Shown: positions 1-15,242, counted from the first letter of the stretch. The stretch: DNA of 64,000 nucleotides from Eledone cirrhosa (GCA_964016885.1 OZ024743.1:225990001-226054000); one strand, 5' to 3'. Notes: generated by a model not told the origin, from the sequence alone. Made by a program: numbers and translations.

Positions 1-691
1 CACACCAATGATAGCGCCTAAATACACACACACCAATGCTAGCGCCTAAATACACACACACCAATGCTAGCGCCTAATTACACACACACACCAATGATAG
101 CGCCTAAATACACACACACACACCAATATTAGCGCCTAAATACACACACACAAATGCTAGCGCCTAACTACACACACATCAATAATAGCACCTAAATACA
201 CACACACACCAATGCTAGCGCCTAAATACACACACACCAATGCTAGCGCCTAAATACACACACACCAATGCTAGCGCCTAAATACACACACACACCAATT
301 TTAGCGCCTAAATACACACACACCAATGTTAGCGCCTAAATACACACACACACCAATGCTAGCGCCTAAACACACACACGCCAATGCTAGCGCCTAAATA
401 CACACACACACCAATGATAGCGCCTAAATAGACACACACCAATGCTAGCGGCTAAATACACACACACCAATGCTAGCGCCTAAATACACACACACCAATC
501 CTAGCGCCTAAATACACATACATCAATGCTAGCTCCTAAATACACACACACCAATGCTAGCGCCTAAATACACACACACAAACCAATGATAGCGCCTAAA
601 TACACACACACCAATGCTAGCTCCTAAATACACACACACACCAATGCTAATGCCGATTAACACATACACACGCATCGATGTTAACGCCGAA

Positions 692-747
<56 letters not shown>

Positions 748-3051
748 ACACACATACCAATGCTAGCGCCTAAATACACACACACAAATGCTAGTGCCTA
801 AATACAAACACACACCAATGCTAGCGCCTAAATACACACACACACACCAATGATAGCGCCTTAATGCACACACACACCAATGCTAGCGCCTAAATACACA
901 CGCACACACCAATCATAGCGCCTAAATACACACACACACACCAATGATAGCGCCTAAATACACACACACCAATGCTAGCGCCTAAATACACACACACCAA
1001 TGATAGCGCCTAAATACACACACGCACACCAATCATGGCGCCTAAATACACACACACACACCAATGCTAGCGCCTAAATACAAACACACCAATGCTAGCG
1101 CCTAAATACACACACACCAATGCTAGCGCCTAAATACACACACACACACCAATGATAGCGCCTAAATACACACACGCACACCAATGATAGCGCCTAAATA
1201 CACACAGTCAAATGATAGCGCCTAAATACACACACGCAAACCAATGGTAGGGCCTAAATACACACACACCAATGATAGCGCCTTAATACACACACACCAA
1301 TGTTAGCGCCTAAATACACACACACACCAATGATAGCGCCTAAATACACACACACACACCAATATTAGCGCCTAAATACACACACACAAATGCTAGCGCC
1401 TAACTACACACACACAAATACTAGCCCCTAAATACACACACACACCAATGCTAGCGCCTAAATACACACACACACCAATGATAGCGCCTTAATACGCACA
1501 CACCAATGATAGCGCCTAAATACACACACACCAATGCTTGCGCCTAAATACACACACACCAATGCTAGCGCCTAAATACACACACACCAATGCTAGCGCC
1601 TAATTACACACACACACCAATGATAGCGCCTAAATACACACACACACACCAATGAAAGCGCCTAAATACACACATACCAATGCTAGCGCCTAAATACACA
1701 CACACCAATGCTAGCGCCTAAATACACACACACCAATGATAGCGCCTAAATACACACACACACCAATGATAGCGCCTAAATACACACACACCAATGCTAG
1801 CGCCTAAATACACACACACCAATCCTAGCGCCTAAATACACACACACACACCAATGATAGCGCCTAAATACACACACACACACCAATGATAGCGCCTAAA
1901 TACACACACACAAATGGTAGCGCCTAAATACACACACACACCAATGCTAGCGCCTAAATACACACACACACACACCAATGATAGCGCCTTAATACACACA
2001 CACACCAATGATAGCGCCTAAATACACACACGCAAACCAATGATAGCGCCTAAATACACACACACCAATGCTAGCGCCTAAATACACACACACCAATGAT
2101 AGCGCCTAAATACACACACACCAATGCTAGCGCCTAAATACACACACACCAATGCTAGCGCCTAAATACACACACACACCAATGATAGCGCCTAAATACA
2201 CACGCACCAATGCTAGCGCCTAAATACACACACACCAATGATAGCGCCTAAATACACACACACCAATGATAGCGCCTAAATACACACACACCAATGGTAG
2301 CGCCTAAATACACACACACCAATGCTAAAGCCGAAATACACACACACACCAATGCTTGCGCCTAAATACACACACACACACACACACACCAATGATAGCG
2401 CCTTAATACACACACACCAATCCTAGCGCCTAAATACACACACACACACCAATGATAGCGCCTTAAAAGACACACACCAATGATAGCGCCTAAATACACA
2501 CACACACCAATGCTAGCGCCTAAATACACACACACACGCCAATGATAGCGCCTAAATACACACACATCAATAATAGCACCTAAATACACACACACCAATG
2601 CTAGCGCCTAAATACACACGCACCAATGTTAGCGCCTAAATACACACACACACCAATGTTAGCGCCTAAATACACACACACACCAATGTTAGCGCCTAAA
2701 TACACACACACACCAATGCTAGCGCCTAAACACACACACACCAATGCTAGCGCCTAAATACACACACACACCAATGATAGCGCCTAAATACACACACACA
2801 CACCAATGATAGCGCCTAAATACACACACACCAATGCTAGCGCCTAAATACACACACACCAATCCTAGCGCCTAAATACACACACCAATGCTAGCGCCTA
2901 AATACACACACACCAATGCTAGCGCCTAAATACACACACACACCAATGATAGCGCCTAAATACATACACCCCAATGCTAGCGCCTAAATACACACACACA
3001 CCAATGCTAATGCCGATACACACACACACACGCATCGATGTTAACGCCGAA

Positions 3052-3121
<70 letters not shown>

Positions 3122-6025
3122 ACACACACCCATACCAATGCTAGCGCCTAAATACACACACACACCAATGATAGCGCCTAAATACACACACACACACCAA
3201 TTATAGCGCCTAAATACACACACACCAATGCTAGCGCCTAAATACACACACACCAATGATAGCGCCTACATACACACATACCAATGCTAGCGCCTAAATA
3301 CACACACACACCAATGCTAGCGCCGAAATACACACACACCAATGATAGCGCCTAAATACACACACACACACCAATGCTAGCGCCTAAATACACACACACC
3401 AATACTAGCGCCTAAATACACACACACACACCAATGATTGCGCCTAAATACTCAGACACAGACCAATGATAGCGCCTATATACACACACACACACTAATG
3501 ATAGCGCCTAAATACACACACACACACCAATGATAGCGCCTAAATACACACACACAAATGCTAACGCCTAAATACACACACACACCAATGCTAGCGCCTA
3601 AATACATACACACCAATTCTAGCGCCTAAATACACACACACACACCAATGCTAGCGCCTAAATACACACACACCAATGATAGCGCCTTAATACACACACA
3701 CCAATGATAGCGCCTAAATACACACACACCAATGGTAGCGCCTAAATACACACACACACCAATGCTAATGCCGAAATACACACACCGATGCTAACACCAA
3801 AATACACACACACACGCATCAATGTTAGTGCCGAAATACACACACACCAATGCTTGCGCCTAAATACACACACACCAATGCTAGCGCCTAAATACACACA
3901 CACGAATGCTAGCGCCTAATTACACACACACACCAATGATAGCGCCTAAATACACACACACACACCAATGAAAGCGCCTAAATACACACATACCAATGCT
4001 AGCGCCTAAATTCACACACACCAATGCTAGCGCCTAAATACACACACACCAATGATAGCGCCTAAATACACACACACACCAATGATAGCGCCTAAATACA
4101 CACACACCAATGCTAGCGCCTAAATACACACACACCAATGCTAGCGCCTAAATACACACACACACACCAATGATAGCGCCTAAATACACACACACACACC
4201 AATGATAGCGCCTAAATACACACACACAAATGGTAGCACTAAATACACACACACACCAATGCTAGCGCCTAAATACACACACACACACACCAATGATAGC
4301 GCCTTAATACACACACACCAATGATAGCGCCTAAATACACACACGCAAACCAATGATAGCGCCTAAATACACACACACCAATGCTAGCGCCTAAATACAC
4401 ACACACCAATGATAGCGCCTAAATACACACACGCCAATGCTAGCGCCTAAATACACACACACCAATGCTAGCGCCTAAATACACACACACACCAATGATA
4501 GCGCCTAAATACACACACACCAATGCTAGCGCCTAAATACACACACACCAATGATAGCGCCTAAATACACACACACCAATGATAGCGCCTAAATACACAC
4601 ACACCAATGATAGCGCCTAAATACACACACACCAATGGTAGCGCCTACATACACACACACCAATGCTAAAGCCGAAATACACACACACACCAATGCTAGC
4701 GCCTAAATACACACACACACACACACCAATGATAGCGCCTTAATACACACACACCAATCCTAGCGCCTAAATACACACACACACCAATGATAGCGCCTTA
4801 AAAGACACACACCAATGATAGCGCCTAAATACACACACACACCAATGATAGCGCCTAAATACACACACACACCAATGCTAGCGCCTAAATACACACACAC
4901 ACACCAATGATAGCGCCTAAATACACACACATCAATAATAGCACCTAAATACACACGCACCAATGCTAGCGCCTAAATACACACGCACCAATGCTAGCGC
5001 CTAAATACACACACACACCAATGTTTGCGCCGAAATACACACACACACCAATGTTAGCGCCTAAATACACACACACACCAATGCTAGCGCCTAAATACAC
5101 ACACACTAATGCTAGCGCCTAAATACACACACACACCAATGATAGCGCCTAAATACACACACACACACCAATGATAGCGCCTAAATACACACACACCAAT
5201 GCTAGCGTCTAAATACACACACACCAATGATAGCGCCTAAATACACACATACCAATGCTAGCGCCTAAATACACACACACACCAATGCTAGCGCCGAAAT
5301 ACACACACACCAATGATAGCGCCTAAATACACACACACACACCAATGCTAGCGCCTAAATACACACACACCAATGCTAGCGCCTAAATACACACACACCA
5401 ATGCTAGCGCCTAAATACACACACACCAATACTAGCGCCTAAATACACACACACACCAATGATTGCGCCTAAATACTCACACACACACCAATGATAGCGC
5501 CTATATACACACACACACACCAATGATAGCGCCTAAATACACACACACACACCAATGATAGCGCCTAAATACACACACACAAATGCTAGCGCCTAAATAC
5601 ACACACACACCAATGATAGCGCCTTAATACACACACACCAATGATAGCGCCTAAATACACACACACACCAATGCTAGCGCCTAAATACATACACACCAAT
5701 TCTAGCGCCTAAATACACACACACACACCAATGCTAGCGCCTAAATACACACACACCAATGATAGCGCCTTAATACACACACACCAATGATAGCGCCTAA
5801 ATACACACACACCAATGGTAGCGCCTAAATACACACACACACCAATGCTAATGCCGAAATACACACATCGATGCTAACACCAAAATACACACACACACGC
5901 ATCAATGTTAGTGCCGAAATACACACACACACCAATGCTAATGCCGAAATACACACACACACCAATGCTAATGCCGAAAATTCACACACACACCAATGCG
6001 AGTGCCAAAATACACACGCACACAA
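1..6025. repeat. Tandem satellite, unit CCAATG(C/A)TAGCGCCTAAATA(CA)n, ~28-36 bp; runs off the window start
   Basis: Roughly 200 near-identical units with variable CA tracts; units degenerate to CCAATGCTAATGCCGAAATA near 5840-6010. Confidence 0.97.
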
Positions 6026-6199
6026 ACGTTGTTGGAGCTTCGTCGATTCTAGTGATGAGTGTTCTCGTTGTTTGTCCAAGACCTGAACATGTTTGTGAAC
6101 ATTCCCAATCACATTTACCCGTAACGCAATTCGCAGGGAGATTCAGAATATCTCAATGTGTGATACAACTGGTCCTTTGAATTACAGCTGAGCAGAATA

Positions 6200-6300
6200 A
6201 AGCAACGTGAAATAAAGTGTCATGCTCAGGGACACAATAAGCTACCAGAAATTGAACTAATGATCTTACGAGCACAATAAACGCTAAGCCACGCATCCCC
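6200..6300 (-). mobile_element. tRNA-derived SINE fragment (family B)
   Basis: AACGTGAAATAAAGTGTCATGCTCAGGGACACAA...CTAAGCCACGC matches copies at 24825 and 56073; the reverse strand reads as a tRNA-like head plus a CORE-like TGTGTCCTTGAGCAAGACAC segment. Confidence 0.6.
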
Positions 6301-7276
6301 CTCTCTCTCTTCTCTCTCTCTCTTTCACTCTCTCTCTCTCTCGCTTTCTCTCTCTCTCTCACTCTCATACACACACGTACAGGTACACATGTAATAAAAG
6401 AGATGAATCATGTTTGACAGTGTCATGAATTTAGACAAATAAATGAAGTTGTGATATAATGAATAGTGTAGGTAAACATTCTCAGTTAATTGAAATTTTA
6501 GAGTAAAAATGATTATTGTTTAGTGACACTCATGGAAAAGATTATGTAATCTGAAAAGTTCAAGAATTAATTTACTTGCTTAGGGGTAAAAAAATCTGAT
6601 CTTTGATAGCAAGCAACTTGACCACTACTGACAAGACTTTGAGAATTCTTTGCATACGTCATTTAGTGCATCAATCTTAACTTAAATATAAATGATATGA
6701 TATGGCATAGCAATTTATGTTTGCAGCTTCAACTAGCATCCCTTTTGCCAGCAGGGCGGACATCCACTCTAATTACAATTACTTCTTCTGCTGTGACTTC
6801 TCTGAAAAGATATTTATAATAGAGTTAAAATTCTCTGTTTTGGCTGATTACCAGTAACGGATAATTAGCTGTAGCTTGTATAATTAACACAGGCGAATGG
6901 TAGATTTAGTATACTAATTAGCTTAGTACACTAATGACTTCTCCTCACGGCGTTTTAAATGTACAACCATTTTTACAGTGCGAAGAGACAGTGCTAAGTG
7001 GATCGAAGTCATTAAATACAATCTATACGTTTTTGGTTCAAGACTAAAAGTCAAATTGAATGTAAAGTGTGAAGGTGCTAAATGCACTTAGAATGATACT
7101 ACCATATATGTATGGCAATAGAATCAGACCTCTCCAGCTTGTACACGGCATGAATGATTTAAAATGTCAATCGTTCACTCACTGTGTGATATATTTCAGG
7201 TCTTCCATATTATAACGAACTTTGTTTTCAAGAACGTTTCATTTAATTACGTTACTTTTTTCTTGTATATGGATCT

Positions 7277-7311
<35 letters not shown>

Positions 7312-7440
7312 CAGTATATATATATATATAATAAGACCTTAACGGGACTAGCATAAGGTTTCCCTGCTAGTACCAGTTGCATCTCAACGTACTCAATAGG
7401 CAAGGTTATGTATCAATCCCAGTGTGTGTGTGTGTGTGTG

Positions 7441-7632
7441 TGTATTTAATATAGAAATGTCTTTCCTGATGATTTCCTATTCGAAGGAAATCACCAGGAA
7501 AGCTTTGTTGATGATTTCCTTCGAATGAAACAGTTCTAGTCCTGTAGAAGCAATTTCAATATTAAATATTTATAGTCTGCTATGTATTGAGTACTTTACT
7601 TACTGTGGTTACCCCCGATTGAACACGGGATA
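7441..7632 (+). mobile_element. PLE pLTR remnant with degenerate hammerhead and small fold-back
   Basis: (T)TGATGA-TTTCCTTCGAAT-GAAA-CAG..CTG-TA-GAAGC at ~7508-7550; the same family occurs inverted at 15020-15147 with an intact CTGATGA core. Confidence 0.65.
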
Positions 7633-7849
7633 CACACACACGCACACACACATATATGTGTGTATGTATGTATGTATGTACGTATGTATGTATGTATGCA
7701 TGCATGTATATATGTATGTGTGTATGTATGTGTATGTGTGTGTGTTTCTGAATATACATTGGGTTGAACAGAAAGTTCCTGCCGTTTTTCAAATGGAGTT
7801 TCCTGGAAATGTTGAAAATTGCGCATGCGCATATATATATATAAGGAGT

Positions 7850-8025
7850 GACGTTGGTTTGGCAGTATCGGTAGAGGCGTCGGACGCCATGATTTGACGC
7901 ATAGAGTTACGGCCCTTGCCATTCCGAGGTTAACTTTGCCTTTCATCCTTATGAGGTCGATAAAATAAAGTACCAGTAATGTACTGGGTAATTACTGGCC
8001 TGGTGCCAAAAGTAGAAACAATTAT
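7850..8025 (+). mobile_element. tRNA-derived SINE (family A) nested in the mariner 5' region
   Basis: Diagnostic CCGAGGTTAACTTTGCCTTTCATCCTTA.GAGGTCGATAAAATAAAGTACCAGT shared with about 10 other copies in the window. Confidence 0.8.
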
Positions 8026-8068
8026 GTTCATTTCTAATTTTCTGTTGCATCGTCAAAAGGGAGGCTGC

Positions 8069-9064
8069 ATGGATTTATGCAAATTGTTTGTTCGTGGCTG
8101 TCTACTTTATGACTTCATATCTGGCTTAATCGCAGCAGCATCAAGTCGTCACATTAACAATGCATTTGGGTCTCACACCATATCTGAACGTTGTACCAGG
8201 GCCTGGTTCGCACGCTTTTGTTCCGGTGATTACAGCCTTCTATATCGACCTCATGCAGGACGTCCACCCTACTTCAATGACGAGCACCCGCGCGTGGTGG
8301 TGGAAGCCAATCCACGCCAGACACCATGTCAACTCTCCGAAGTGTTTAAAACATCGAAAACAACCATATTCAATTACTTGCATGCAATAGGGAAAGTGTT
8401 CAAGCTGGATCAGTGGGTGCCCCACAATCTGACTAAATATGATTGTGAATGTCAGGCTGCAGCTGCGACTTCTCTGCACTCCTACCATCGCACAACCACC
8501 CGGTTGCGTTCTATTGTCACTCATGATAAAAAATAATCTCTCTACATTAACGTCAAGCGCAATTGATCGGGGGTTGTTAAGAAAGTACGACACATCGACA
8601 AGGCAAGACATTACTGAGCCTCTGGTGGAACTAGAAAGGTGCCATCATCAACGAGCTGCTCCTACCGAACACCAGTATATCCTCTGATGACTAATGACAA
8701 CAACATGAGATATTAGCGGCGAAAATTGAACAGGTGTGCCAACACCATAGTCCTGTTCGATTCATTCATGATAACGCTCGGCCGCATACATAAAGGATGA
8801 ACTGTGAGAAGCTCCCGGAGTTTGGTTGCAAGGTTCTGTCCTACCCACCGTATTCACGCGACATCGAGCCTACATACTATCATCTTTTACTTTCAATGTG
8901 CAATGCAATGCAGTGAAAGACCTCCCCGATGAAGACCAGTTAAATCAGTGGCTGACAGAATTCTTTACATCAAAGCATTAAAAATTCTACTGGAATGGAA
9001 TCATGTGCCTTCCTAAGAGATGGCAGACGGTAATCGCAAATGATGGTGTTTATTTTACTAGTAA
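8069..9064 (+). pseudogene. Mariner transposase pseudogene
   Basis: HTH region, GRP, WVPHNL (WVPHEL), IVTHDKK (D1), FIHDNARPH (D2, ~8761), YPPYSRDIEPTYYHL (YSPDLAPSD, third D lost); stops, frameshifts and deletions after 8536. Confidence 0.9.
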
Positions 9065-9214
9065 AATTTTCTTAATGTTCAAAAACCGTAAAGTCAATAA
9101 CAATTTGAAAAAAAAAACGGTAAGAACATTCTGTTCAACCTAATAGTTAGAATTGTATGTATGTATTTAAATAAACACACATACATATATATGTATGTCA
9201 CTGCCTCTCTATCT

Positions 9215-9329
<115 letters not shown>

Positions 9330-9592
9330 TTTTTTTTTTTTTTTTTCATATATATATATACATACATACATATATATAAACAAGCACAATAACAACAAAC
9401 ACATATAAACACACACTAGTAAACTAAGATAGAATACAATAACCAAAACGCAGTCACCCAAACGCGAACACACACACCAAACACTATACAGACACGCAAA
9501 CGCATGCGCAGAGAAGACAAAAATAAATAAATAAATAAACAGATAAAATAAAATTGGCGTAGATATACAATACAGCAGGAGGAACATAATAG

Positions 9593-9636
9593 TACCACTG
9601 ATGATGTTGCAGATGTGCAACGAAAGAACTTTGTTA
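9593..9636 (+). ncRNA. Minimal type I hammerhead ribozyme motif (PLE pLTR remnant)
   Basis: TACCA-CTGATGA-T-GTTGCA gatg TGCAAC-GAAA-GAAC-TT-TGTTA; 6 bp stem II, one mismatch in stem I. Confidence 0.7.
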
Positions 9637-10161
9637 GACTTTATTTATATCTGTATTTTTGACCGTTGGTCAATCAATGATAAACATTACATTGAGGACC
9701 GAATGAATTAACTGTGGAGATATAAAAGATACAGAAGCGAAAACCAACCAAACAGTGAGTGTGTTCTGTTATTATTTCTGGCAATATTATTAAAACAATA
9801 TGACCCTACCCTTGTATAACAATATATATATATATGTAAATATTTGTTACTATTAACGATATAGAAAGGACTAAAGGACTGTGTATTTGCGTATTTGATA
9901 AATAGTAAACATGACCGTATTAAATACAATATCAGTTTCAGTTTATCTCTACCAATAGTCTCTTAATAGCCATATATACACATATGAAAGTAACGTTTGG
10001 TAAATAAACAAATATTCTAAAAATTCGTCTGGTGTAATTTAAGTGATCCTATGTAAGTAAATAAATTAATTAATAGGCGTAGGCATAGCTGCGGGGTTAA
10101 TATGGTCGCTTTGTAATCACGTCGTTTTGATTGCAGCACTTCTGTGCATCATCATGGGCAA

Positions 10162-10667
<506 letters not shown>

Positions 10668-10959
10668 TCATTTAGGTTTGTAGGTTCACCACTGGATAGA
10701 ACTGGTCATTCCGTATCGTTAACCGTGATGTATTATTAGGAAAAGCACTCCACGTAATGCAACTCATCCATCTTCGTTTATGTTGAATCTTGGTGGTACG
10801 AGAATGGAGTTAATTATTATTGAGTAAAATGACAGGAGGCTGGACTGGTTAAATTCATTAAAGAATTATTACAAACACTATGCACATTTCAATGACCGGG
10901 TTCTGTAGGAATCCGGTGACATGATCAGGTGTTACAAAATTTATCTAATAAAGGAATAT

Positions 10960-11070
10960 AATAATTGATTCTACTTTTGGCACAAGGCCAGCAAATTACC
11001 CAGTGCATTACTGGTACTTTATTTTATCAACCCCGTCAGGATGAAAGGCAAAGTTAACCTCGGCGGGATT
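10960..11070 (-). mobile_element. SINE family A, 5'-truncated
   Basis: Reverse complement of the family A core (ACTGGTACTTTATTTTATC...GGATGAAAGGCAAAGTTAACCTCGG). Confidence 0.8.
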
Positions 11071-11160
11071 AATAATGGTAGACACAATCCAAGGGACGGA
11101 AATGTAGAGAGAAATGTTTAAGACCAGAAGGCGGCCAATAGTTGCCAGTCTGGATGACCG

Positions 11161-11220
<60 letters not shown>

Positions 11221-11224
<4 letters not shown>

Positions 11225-11832
11225 ATTTCCGCATGGATTATCCATTTATTTTGAGACCTGAACCGTACGGTAAGGGTAATTACAGCAGGTACAGTGAACT
11301 TTTTAAAATTTATTTAAAAACTTTTTTCTTATTTGCTAAACCTTTATTATATATGTTCTAGCTCGTTAATTTATTAACCTGCCATAGAACCACATTGGCA
11401 TGCGGCTGGATAATACATGTGTCCCTATATGTATTTTGCATGTAGGGAGACATACTTTATTATTATTAATCTCCCCTGATCGAGATAGCATTTTGGTCGT
11501 TTTAACTGCTGCTACTTCTAGTGGCATTACATTGACCTTTCCGCCTCTGCCTTCTATCTTTACACACGGCACTAGACAGAATTGTTTCTTCATCATACAC
11601 TCTCATCTCGGGAACAATTTTGAATGGCACCAGTTCGTGATTTGAACTCGGGAATTTTATATTCTCCGAGCGAAGAGAACCCTCTGACGAAAGTCTTTCT
11701 TTTCAATGGATTTCCGCATGGATTATCCATTTATTTTGAGACTTGAAACCGTAGGGTAAGGGTAATTACAGCAGGTACAGTGAACTTTTAAAAATTTATT
11801 TTAAAACTTTTTCTTATTTGCTGAACCTTGAT

Positions 11833-11840
<8 letters not shown>
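11221..11840 (+). mobile_element. Non-coding HHR-bearing unit with ~130 bp terminal direct repeat (retrozyme-like or non-autonomous PLE)
   Basis: 11221-11350 repeats at 11706-11835 (period 485). HHR at 11679-11763: CCCT-CTGACGA-AAGTCT...AGACTT-GAAA-CC gtag GG-TA-AGGG. (TA)n on both flanks. Confidence 0.7.
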
Positions 11841-11864
<24 letters not shown>

Positions 11865-12227
11865 ATATAAAAAAACTTCACAAAATTAACTGAGAGGACA
11901 AGGCAACGAAGGAAAACAAGGCAAAACAATAAAACAATTTTCTAAGGGGAAAGCTTCAAAAAATATATTTAAAAAATAAAAATACAAACGAAAGAGACAG
12001 AACTCCATTGTCATCGGGTGTTGAGATGGACTTTGGCAGTTGCGACCCTTACCAATGGTACTGCTGGTTCACCTGGCATTACAGCGTTTGACACCAGCCG
12101 GTGGAGTAAGAGATCAGTGACAGAACATTAATTTATACCAATTAATTACACATGATTCTTAAGTGACGTCAGGGAGAAAGTCTCACGAATGAAATCAAGG
12201 AAAAAAGGAAGAAAAACTATAGATATA

Positions 12228-12396
12228 CCGTATTTCCCGGCTTCGAAGACGCTACTTTTTTCCTAAATTAAGTCTAAAAAAATCTACCATGCGTCCTGGA
12301 GGTCGAAGGTTCTTTATTATTTTTTTCCAAATTTTTGGTTGTCAAAATTAGGGTGCGTCCTCGAGGACGAAACGTCTTCGGCGCCGGGAAATACGG
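12228..12396. mobile_element. MITE of the Tc1/mariner/pogo superfamily
   Basis: TIRs CCGTATTTCCCGGC...GCCGGGAAATACGG extending to ~25 bp; TA duplicated on both sides. Confidence 0.88.
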
Positions 12397-13395
12397 TACA
12401 TACATGGTTGTGTGTGTGTGTGTGCGCGCGCGTGGGTATGCGCGCGCGTGCGTTCGTCCGTGTCAATGTCCCGCAACATTACCTATGTACACAAATATTT
12501 CGATGAAATAAATGTCGAATATATCAAGGCGATGACCCAGCATGGCCGCAGTTTAATGTCTGAAACCAGTAAAATAATGAACCAGTCAATGAAATATACG
12601 ATAAACTATTTTCTTTCATTGAAACATTTCAGAGTTGAATACTAATAGTGTACAAAATTTAATTTAAATACCTTTACAACTATACAGAGAAGGAAGATTT
12701 GTCCATTACATTACTTTACGTTACATGACATTACATTAGAAAATGATAAAAATGGCCGCTGGCACTGTGTTAGTCTTGCTTTACGTTGGTTTGTCGAAGC
12801 AAAAATGAAGATTAGGATGTGTAATGGTGTAAAAGTTCCCTGGAGGTTTGAAAGAAAAATACTAAGGATAAACATATTACTATTGAAAAAAGACTTGTCT
12901 TCATATTATAGTTTAAATATACATCCCTTCTTCCCCAAATACAAAAACTAAAACTAAACAAAAGATTGGTAAAGAAATATGACAAGAAGAAAAATAAACT
13001 GAAATAGAGATTCTCCTCTCTCGTCGAACAACTACAACATTTTCCTGTTCTCTTTCATTATGGTAGTATTTAAATATCTTCTTATCTACTGATACATTAG
13101 TTTATATTTCGCTTTGCCTTTTTAAATGACCTTATTAAAATTATAAACCACTATCTCCAAGAGGAACACCAGCCAACATGTTAATCTCAATAGAAATCGT
13201 AGCTAAATGTTAAATCATACCGTCTTTAAAAATTTCAAGGACTCATTGAATAATGTAACACTGAATATGACAATAGACTGAGTGGTCATAGGCAGAATAT
13301 TGTTTTAATTAATTTTTGCTTGCAATTGGTATGATCTCTTTCTCTCTCTCTTCCCTCTCCTCCCACCTCTCTCACGTACACACACACTCTCTCCC

Positions 13396-13444
<49 letters not shown>

Positions 13445-13447
<3 letters not shown>

Positions 13448-14010
13448 TATGTATGTATACGTACATACATATATGTATACAGACGTACATACATACAGGC
13501 ACACATATATATATATGCACGTATCAGTTTACCGAACATTTATTATAATGCTCGGTTTGTTCGTTTGTAAACAAACAAACAGCCTGAATTACGCCGTACA
13601 GTGTTTAGGCAACCACGTCACCTTTTTGTTCAACACTGACACAGGAAAGATGTACTAGTTTCAAGCTTATTAGCTATCGTCAGCACCGTATACCTTTCTG
13701 CCAGATGGTTGAACGTCCGAAAGTATATACTTTCCTTATGAAAATTAACGGCTGAGCAGCCTAATTTGCATATCGAGTGAGTTCAGTCGGCCAGGCGCAC
13801 CGAAAACGATAAATGGAATAGAATGAAACGAAATTTCATTTCTCACTCTTAGTACGGCACTTACTTAAATGTAAGTATGTATGTATACGTACATACATAT
13901 ATGTATACAGACGTCTGTATACATATATGTATGTACGTATACATACATACTTACATTTAAGTAAGTGCCGTACTAAGAGTGAGAAATGAAATTTCATTTC
14001 ATTCTATTCC

Positions 14011-14015
<5 letters not shown>
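13445..14015 (-). mobile_element. Non-coding HHR-bearing unit (~430 bp, ~45 bp terminal redundancy) plus ~100 bp fold-back arm
   Basis: Minus-strand HHR at 13649-13687: GGTG-CTGACGA-T-AGCT aata AGCT-T-GAAA-CTAG-TA-CATC. 13445-13490 repeats at 13872-13915. Near-perfect palindrome 13810-14015 centred on GACGTC. Confidence 0.75.
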
Positions 14016-14974
<959 letters not shown>

Positions 14975-15019
14975 AATGGAACGGGAACAAAACAGAGAGG
15001 CAGTACGATATATATATAA

Positions 15020-15147
15020 GTTATTCCGGGTTCAATCGGAGGTAACCACAGTAAGTAGGGTACTCAATAAATAGCAGAGTATACATATTTAATATAGAAA
15101 TGGCTTCTACAGGACTAGAACTGTTTCATTCGAGAAAAATCATCAGT
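15020..15147 (-). mobile_element. PLE pLTR 3' fragment with hammerhead core
   Basis: Reverse strand CTGATGA-TTTTTCTCGAAT-GAAA-CAG ttctagtc CTG-TA-GAAGC plus a tail homologous to 7510-7632. Confidence 0.7.
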
Positions 15148-15242
15148 ATATATATATGTTTGTGTGTGTGTGTGCGTGTTAGTGACGGACGTGAGAAAAA
15201 GGACTCTATACCCAAATATGTCTTCTTAGCCATAATAGATGA

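Larger units (their letters stand above)
7759..9143 (+). mobile_element. Mariner (DD34D-type) DNA transposon, decayed full-length copy
   Basis: TIRs TTGGGTTGAACAGAAAGTTCCTGCCGTTTTT (7759) and AAAAACGGTAAGAACATTCTGTTCAACCTAA (ends 9143), followed by TA; about 1.2 kb once the SINE insert is removed. Confidence 0.92.

Noticed and set aside
1-6025. CRISPR-like repeat/spacer array
   Set aside because: The spacers are only (CA)n tracts rather than unique sequences; the context is eukaryotic and there are no cas genes.
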